A stretch of 64,000 bases of DNA from NCBI GenBank assembly GCA_964016885.1, contig OZ024744.1:20708001-20772000 (forward strand), written 5' to 3'. The notes under the pieces were generated by a model that had not been told where the DNA came from, searched no databases, and saw only the letters and a program-made list of their open reading frames with translations. The position numbers and the translations under genes are program-made. Below are positions 58,101 through 64,000 of this stretch, one piece after another. Position 1 is the stretch's first letter. Every line of letters begins with the position of its first letter. Origin of the DNA: Eledone cirrhosa. Taxonomy: Eukaryota.

Positions 58101-61100
58101 ATAACATTCGTTTTAACAACAGTTGAATCTTAAGAACTGATTCTTTTTAACAACAGTTGAATCTTAAGATAAAACTCGTTTTAACAACACTTGAATCTTA
58201 AGAACGGACTCGTTTTAACAACACCTGAATCTTAAGATAAAACTCGTTTTAACAACAGTTGAATCTTAAGAACTGATTCGTTTTAACAACAGTTCAAACT
58301 TAAGAACTGACTCGTTTTAACAACAGTTGAATCTTATGAACTGACTCATTTTAACAACAGTTGAATCTTAAGATAACATTCGTTTTAACAACAATTGAAT
58401 CTTAAGAACTGACTCGTTTTAACAACAGTTGAATCTTAAAGATAAAACTCGTTTCGACAACAGTTGAATCTTAAGAACTGACTCGTTTTAACAACAGCTG
58501 AATCTTAAGATAAAACTCGTTTTAACAACAGTTGAATCTTAAGATAAAACTCGTTTTAACAACAGTTGAATCTTAAGAACTGACTCGTTTTAACGACAGC
58601 TGAATCTTAAGATAAAACTCGTTTTAACAACAGTTCAAACTTAAGAAATGACTCGTTTTAACAACAGTTGAATCTTATGAACTGACTCATTTTAACAACA
58701 GTTAAATCTTAAGAACTGATTCGTTTTAACAACAGCTGAATCTTAAGATAAAACTCGTTTTAAAAACAGTTGAATCTTAAGAACTGACTCGTTTTAACAA
58801 CAGCTGAATCTTAAGATAAAACTCGTTTTAACAACAGTTGAATCTTAAGAACTGACTCGTTTTAACAACAGCTGAATCTTAAGATAAAACTCGTTTTAAC
58901 AACAGTTGAATCTTAAGATAAAACTCGTTTTAACAACAGTTGAATCTTAAGAACTGACTCTTTTTAACAACAGTTGAATCTTAAGATAAAACTCGTTTTA
59001 ACAACAGTTGAATCTTATGAGCTAACTCATTTTAACAACAGTTGAATCTTAAGTTAAGACTCGTTTTAACAACAGTTGAATCTTAAGAACTGACTCGTTT
59101 TAACGACAGCTGAATCTTAAGATAAAACTCATCTTAACAACAGTTGGATCTTAAGACCTGACTCGTTTTAACAACGGTTGAATCTTACGATAAAACTCGT
59201 TTTAACAACAGTTGAATCTTATGAACTAACTCATTTTAACAACAGTTGAATCTTAAGTTAAGACTTGTTATAACAACAGTTGAATCTTAAGAAATTACTC
59301 GTTTTAACAACAGTTGAATATTAAGACAAAACCCGTTTTAACAACAGTTGAATCTTAAGAACTGTCTCGTTTTAACAACAGTTGAATCTTAAGATAAACC
59401 TCGTTTTAACGACAGTTTAATCTTAAGAACTGACTCGTTTTAACAACAGTTGAATCTTAAGACAAAACTCGTTTTAACAACGGTTGAATCTTAAGAATTG
59501 ACTTGTTCTAACAACAGTTCAGCCTTAAGAACTGACTCGTTTTAAAACAGTTGAATCTTTAGAACTGACTCGTTTTAACAACAGTTGAATCTTAAAATAA
59601 AACTCGTTTTAACAATAGTTGAAACTCAAGAACTGACTCGTTTTAGCAACAGTTGAATCTTAAGATAACACTCGTTTTCATAACAGTTGAATCTTAAGAA
59701 CTGTCTCGTTTTAACAACAGTTGAATTTTAAGATAAACCTCGTTTTGACAACAGTTGAATCTTAAGAACTGAGTCGTTTTAACAACAGGTAAATCTTAAT
59801 AACTGACTCGTTTTAACAACAGCTGAATCTTAAGATAAAACTCGTTTTAACAACAGTTGAATCTTAAGAACTGACTCGTTTTAACAACAGTTGAATCTTC
59901 AAATAAAACTCGTTTTAACAACAGTTGAATCTTAAGAACTGACTCGTTTTAACAACAGCTGAATCTTAAGATAAAACTCGTTTTAACAATAGTTGAATCT
60001 TAAGAACTGACTCGTTTTAACAACAGCTGAATCTTAAGATAAAACTCGTTTTAACAACAGTTGAATCTTAAGATAAAACTCGTTTTAACAACAGTTGAAT
60101 CTTAAGTACTGACTCGTTTTAACAACAGTTGAATCTTAAGATAAAACTCGTTTTAACAACAGTTGAATCTTATGAGCTAACTCATTTTAACAACAGTTGA
60201 ATCTTAAGTTAAGACTCGTTTTAACAACAGTTGAATCTTAAGAACTGACTCGTTTTAACGACAGCTGAATCTTAAGATAAAACTCATCTTAACAACAGTT
60301 GGATCTTAAGAACTGACTCGTTTTAACAACGGTTGAATCTTACGATAAAACTCGTTTTAACAACAGTTGAATCTTATGAACTAACTCATTTTAACAACAG
60401 TTGAATCTTAAGTTAAGACTCGTTATAACAACAGTTGAATCTTAAGAAATTACTCGTTTTAACAACAGTTGAATATTAAGACAAAACCCGTTTTAACAAC
60501 AGTTGAATCTTAAGAACTGTCTCGTTTTAACAACAGTTGAATCTTAAGATAAACCTCGTTTTAACGACAGTTTAATCTTAAGAACTGACTCGTTTTAACA
60601 ACAGTTGAATCTTAAGACAAAACTCGTTTTAACAACAGTTGAATCTTAAGAACTGACTTGTTCTAACAACAGTTCAGCCTTAAGAACTGACTCGTTTTAA
60701 AACAGTTGAATCTTTAGAACTGACTCGTTTTAACAACAGTTGAATCTTAAAATAAAACTCGTTTTAACAATAGTTGAATCTCAAGAACTGACTCGTTTTA
60801 GCAACAGTTGAATCTTAAGATAACACTCGTTTTCATAACAGTTGAATCTTAAGAACTGTCTCGTTTTAACAACAGTTGAATTTTAAGATAAACCTCGTTT
60901 TGACAACAGTTGAATCTTAAGAACTGAGTCGTTTTAACAACAGTTAAATCTTAATAACTGACTCGTTTTAACAACAGCTGAATCTTAAGATAAAACTCGT
61001 TTTAACAACAGTTGAATCTTAAGAACTGACTCGTTTTAACAACAGTTGAATCTTCAAATAAAACTCGTTTTAACAACAGTTGAATCTTAAGAACTGACTC

Positions 61101-64000
61101 GTTTTAACAACAGTTGAATGTTAAGATAAAACTCGTTTTAACAATAGTGGAATCTTAAGAACTGACTCGTTTTAACAACAGTTGAATCTTAAGATAAAAC
61201 TCGTTTTAACAACAGTTGAATCTTAAGAACTGACTCGTTTTAACAACAGCTGAATCTTAAGATAAAACTCGTTTTAACAACAGTTCAAACTTAAGAAATG
61301 ACTCGTTTTAACAAAAGTTGAATCTTATGAACTCACTCATTTTAACACAGTTGAATCTTAAGATAACATTCGTTTTAACAACAGTTGAATCTTAAGAACT
61401 GATTCGTTTTAACAACAGTTGAATCTTAAGATAAAACTCGTTTTAACAACACTTGAATCTTAAGAACGGACTCGTTTTAACAACACCTGAATCTTAAGAT
61501 AAAACTCGTTTTAACAACAGTTGAATCTTAAGAACTGATTCGTTTTAACAACAGTTCAAACTTAAGAACTGACTCGTTTTAACAACAGTTGAATCTTATG
61601 AACTGACTCATTTTAACAACAGTTGAATCTTAAGATAACATTCGTTTTAACAACAGTTGAATCTTAAGAACTGACTCGTTTTAACAACAGCTGAATCTTA
61701 AGATAAAACTCGTTTTAACAACAGTTGAATCTTAAGATAAAACTCGTTTTAACAACAGTTGAATCTTAAGAACTGACTCGTTTTAACGACAGCTGAATCT
61801 TAAGATAAAACTCGTTTTAACAACAGTTGAATCTTATGAACTGACTCATTTTAACAACAGTTGAATCTTAAGAACTGATTCGTTTTAACAACAGCTGAAT
61901 CTTAAGATATAACTCGTTTTAACAACAGTTGAATCTTAAGAACTGACTCGTTTTAACAACAGCTGAATCTTAAGATAAAACTCGTTTTAACAACAGTTGA
62001 ATCTTAAGATAAAACTCGTTTTAACAACAGTTGAATCTTATGAGCTAACTCATTTTAACAACAGTTGAATCTTAAGTTAAGACTCGTTTTAACAACAGTT
62101 GAATCTTAAGAACTGAATCGTTTTAACAACAGCTGAATCTTAAGATAAAACTCGTTTTAACAACAGTTGAATCTTAAGAACTGACTCGTTTTAACAACAG
62201 CTGAATCTTAAGATAAAACTCGTTTTAACAACAGTTGAATCTTAAGATAAAACTCGTTTTAACAACAGTTGAATCTTAAGATAAAACTCGTTTTAACAAC
62301 AGTTGAATCTTATGAGCTAACTCATTTTAACAACAGTTGAATCGTAAGTTAAGACTCGTTTTAACAACTGTTGAATCTTAAGAACTGACTCGTTTTAACG
62401 ACAGCTGAATCTTATGACAAAACCCGTTTTAACAACAGTTGAATCTTAAGAACTGTCTCGTTTTAACAACAGTTGAATCTTAAAGATAAACCTCGTTTTA
62501 ACAACAGTTTAATCTTAAGAACTGACTCGTTTTAACAACAGTTGAATCTTAAGAACTGACTTGTTCTAACAACAGTTCAGCCTTAAGAACTGACTCGTTT
62601 TAAAACAGTTGAATCGTTAGAACTGACTCGTTTTAACAACAGTTGAATCTTAAAAGAAAACTCGTTTTAACAATAGTTGAATCTGAAGAACTGACTCGTT
62701 TTAGCAACAGTTGAATCTTAAGATAACACTCGTTTTCATAACAGTTGAATCTTAAGAACTGTCTCGTTTAACAACAGTTGAATTTTAAGATAAACCTAGT
62801 TTTGACAACAGTTGAATCTTAAGAACTGACTCGTTTTAACAACAGTTAAATCTTAATAACTGACTCGTTTTAACAACAGTTGAATGTTAAGATAAAACTC
62901 GTTTTGACAATAGTTGAATCTTAAGAACTGACTCGTTTTAACAACAGTTGAATCTTAAGATAAAACTCGTTTTAACAACTGTTGAATCTTAAGAACTGAC
63001 TCGTTTTAACAACAGCTGAATCTTAAGATAAAACTCGTTTTAACAACAGTTCAAACTTAAGAAATGACTCGTTTTAACAAAAGTTGAATCTTATGAACTC
63101 ACTCGTTTTAACAACAGTTGAATCTTAAGAACTGATTCGTTTTAACAACAGCTGAATCTTAAGATAAAACTCGTTTTAACAACAGTTCAAACTTAAGAAA
63201 TGACTCGTTTTAACAAAAGTTGAATCTTATGAACTCACTCGTTTTAACAACAGTTGAATCTTAAGAACGGACTCGTTTTAACAACACCTGAATCTTAAGA
63301 TAAAACTCGTTTTAACAACAGTTGAATCTTAAGAACTGATTCGTTTTAACAATAGTTCAAACTTAAGAACTGACTCGTTTTAACAACAGTTGAATCTTAT
63401 GAACTGACTCATTTTAACAACAGTTGAATCTTAAGATAACATTCGTTTTAACAACAGTTGAATCTTAAGAACTGACTCGTTTTAACAACAGTTGAATCTT
63501 AAAGATAAAACTCGTTTCGACAACAGTTGAATCTAAAGAACTGACTCGTTTTAACGACAGCTGAATCTTAAGATAAAACTCGTTTTAACAACAGTTGAAT
63601 CTTAAGATAAAACTCGTTTTAACAACAGTTGAATCTTAAGAACTGACTCGTTTTAACGACAGCTGAATCTTAAGATAAAACTCGTTTTAACAACAGTTCA
63701 AACTTAATAAATGACTCGTTTTAACAACAGTTGAATCTTCTGAACTGACTCATTTTAACAACAGTTGAATCTTAAGAACTGATTCGTTTTAACAACAGCT
63801 GAATCTTAAGATAAAACTCGTTTTAACAACAGTTGAATCTTAAGAACTGACTCGTTTTAACAACAGCTGAATCTTAAGATAAAACTCGTTTTAACAACAG
63901 TTGAATCTTAAGAACTGACTCGTTTTAACAACAGCTGAATCTTAAGATAAAACTCGTTTTAACAACAGTTGAATCTTAAGATAAAACTCGTTTTAACAAC

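Larger units (their letters stand above)
1..64000 (+). repeat. 34-bp tandem satellite array (about 1,880 monomers, A/B monomer types, head-to-tail, runs off both window ends)
   Basis: Positions 1-34 (tcttaagaactgactcgttttaacaacagctgaa) and 35-68 (tcttaagataaaactcgttttaacaacagttgaa) recur with a 34-bp period to position 64000. No unique sequence or inverted block seen. Confidence 0.99.
42680..64000 (+). repeat. Near-identical tandem segmental duplication of about 12 kb (unit 1 about 42680-54610; unit 2 from about 54610, truncated by the window end)
   Basis: Rare markers recur in order at offsets 11930 (aacacgtgaa 42721/54651), 11998 (tcatcttaac 47131/59129; atcgtaagttaag 50343/62341) and 12032 (cgtttcgac...ctaaag 51481/63513). 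Confidence 0.93.

Noticed and set aside
1-64000. Protein-coding repeat ORF on either strand
   Set aside because: Monomer A has + strand stops in all three frames (TAA at 4 and 21, TGA at 11 and 31). The minus strand has TAA in two frames per monomer, and the 34-bp period shifts frame each unit, so open frames last only about two monomers.
1-64000. A/B alternation as an information code or as 4-nt micro-spacers (ACTG vs TAAA)
   Set aside because: The order is explained by an ancestral dimer plus block duplications and deletions. No independent evidence of a readout.
1-64000. Embedded transposon, rDNA/tRNA, telomeric repeat, CENP-B box or strand inversion
   Set aside because: No non-satellite sequence or reverse-orientation monomer seen on reading through. 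No TTAGGG-type repeats and no convincing TTCG....A..CGGG motif.
1-64000. Sequencing concatemer or synthetic artefact
   Set aside because: Variants are shared in ordered, nested, phylogenetically structured blocks and random indels are rare, which is unlike rolling-circle or read-error artefacts. Local misassembly of copy number cannot be excluded.
1-64000. Assignment to a named satellite family or organism
   Set aside because: I do not recognise the consensus; a database search is needed.

Overview
The whole 64 kb window is one uninterrupted, single-orientation tandem array of an AT-rich (about 30% GC) 34-bp satellite, about 1,880 monomers. Two monomer types mostly alternate: A = TCTTAAGAACTGACTCGTTTTAACAACAGTTGAA and B = TCTTAAGATAAAACTCGTTTTAACAACAGTTGAA. 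I found no CDS, RNA gene, transposon, unique sequence or spacer-containing CRISPR. The interest is in the architecture. Periodicities are nested: 17-bp half-unit, 34-bp monomer, 68-bp A/B dimer, a variant-ordered higher-order repeat (HOR) of about 2.28 kb (about 67 monomers), recent 1.2-3.5 kb tandem duplications, and a near-identical tandem duplication of about 12 kb (about 42.7-54.6 kb copied from 54.6 kb to the end). The monomer is almost fully tiled by short dyads. Each full HOR carries one 33-bp and one 35-bp monomer whose lengths cancel. Recent substitutions appear biased to CpG transitions. This looks like eukaryotic (peri)centromeric or heterochromatic satellite DNA, which is an inference; I cannot name the organism or satellite family. 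All offsets were counted by eye from marker variants, and boundaries are approximate (within 1-2 monomers).
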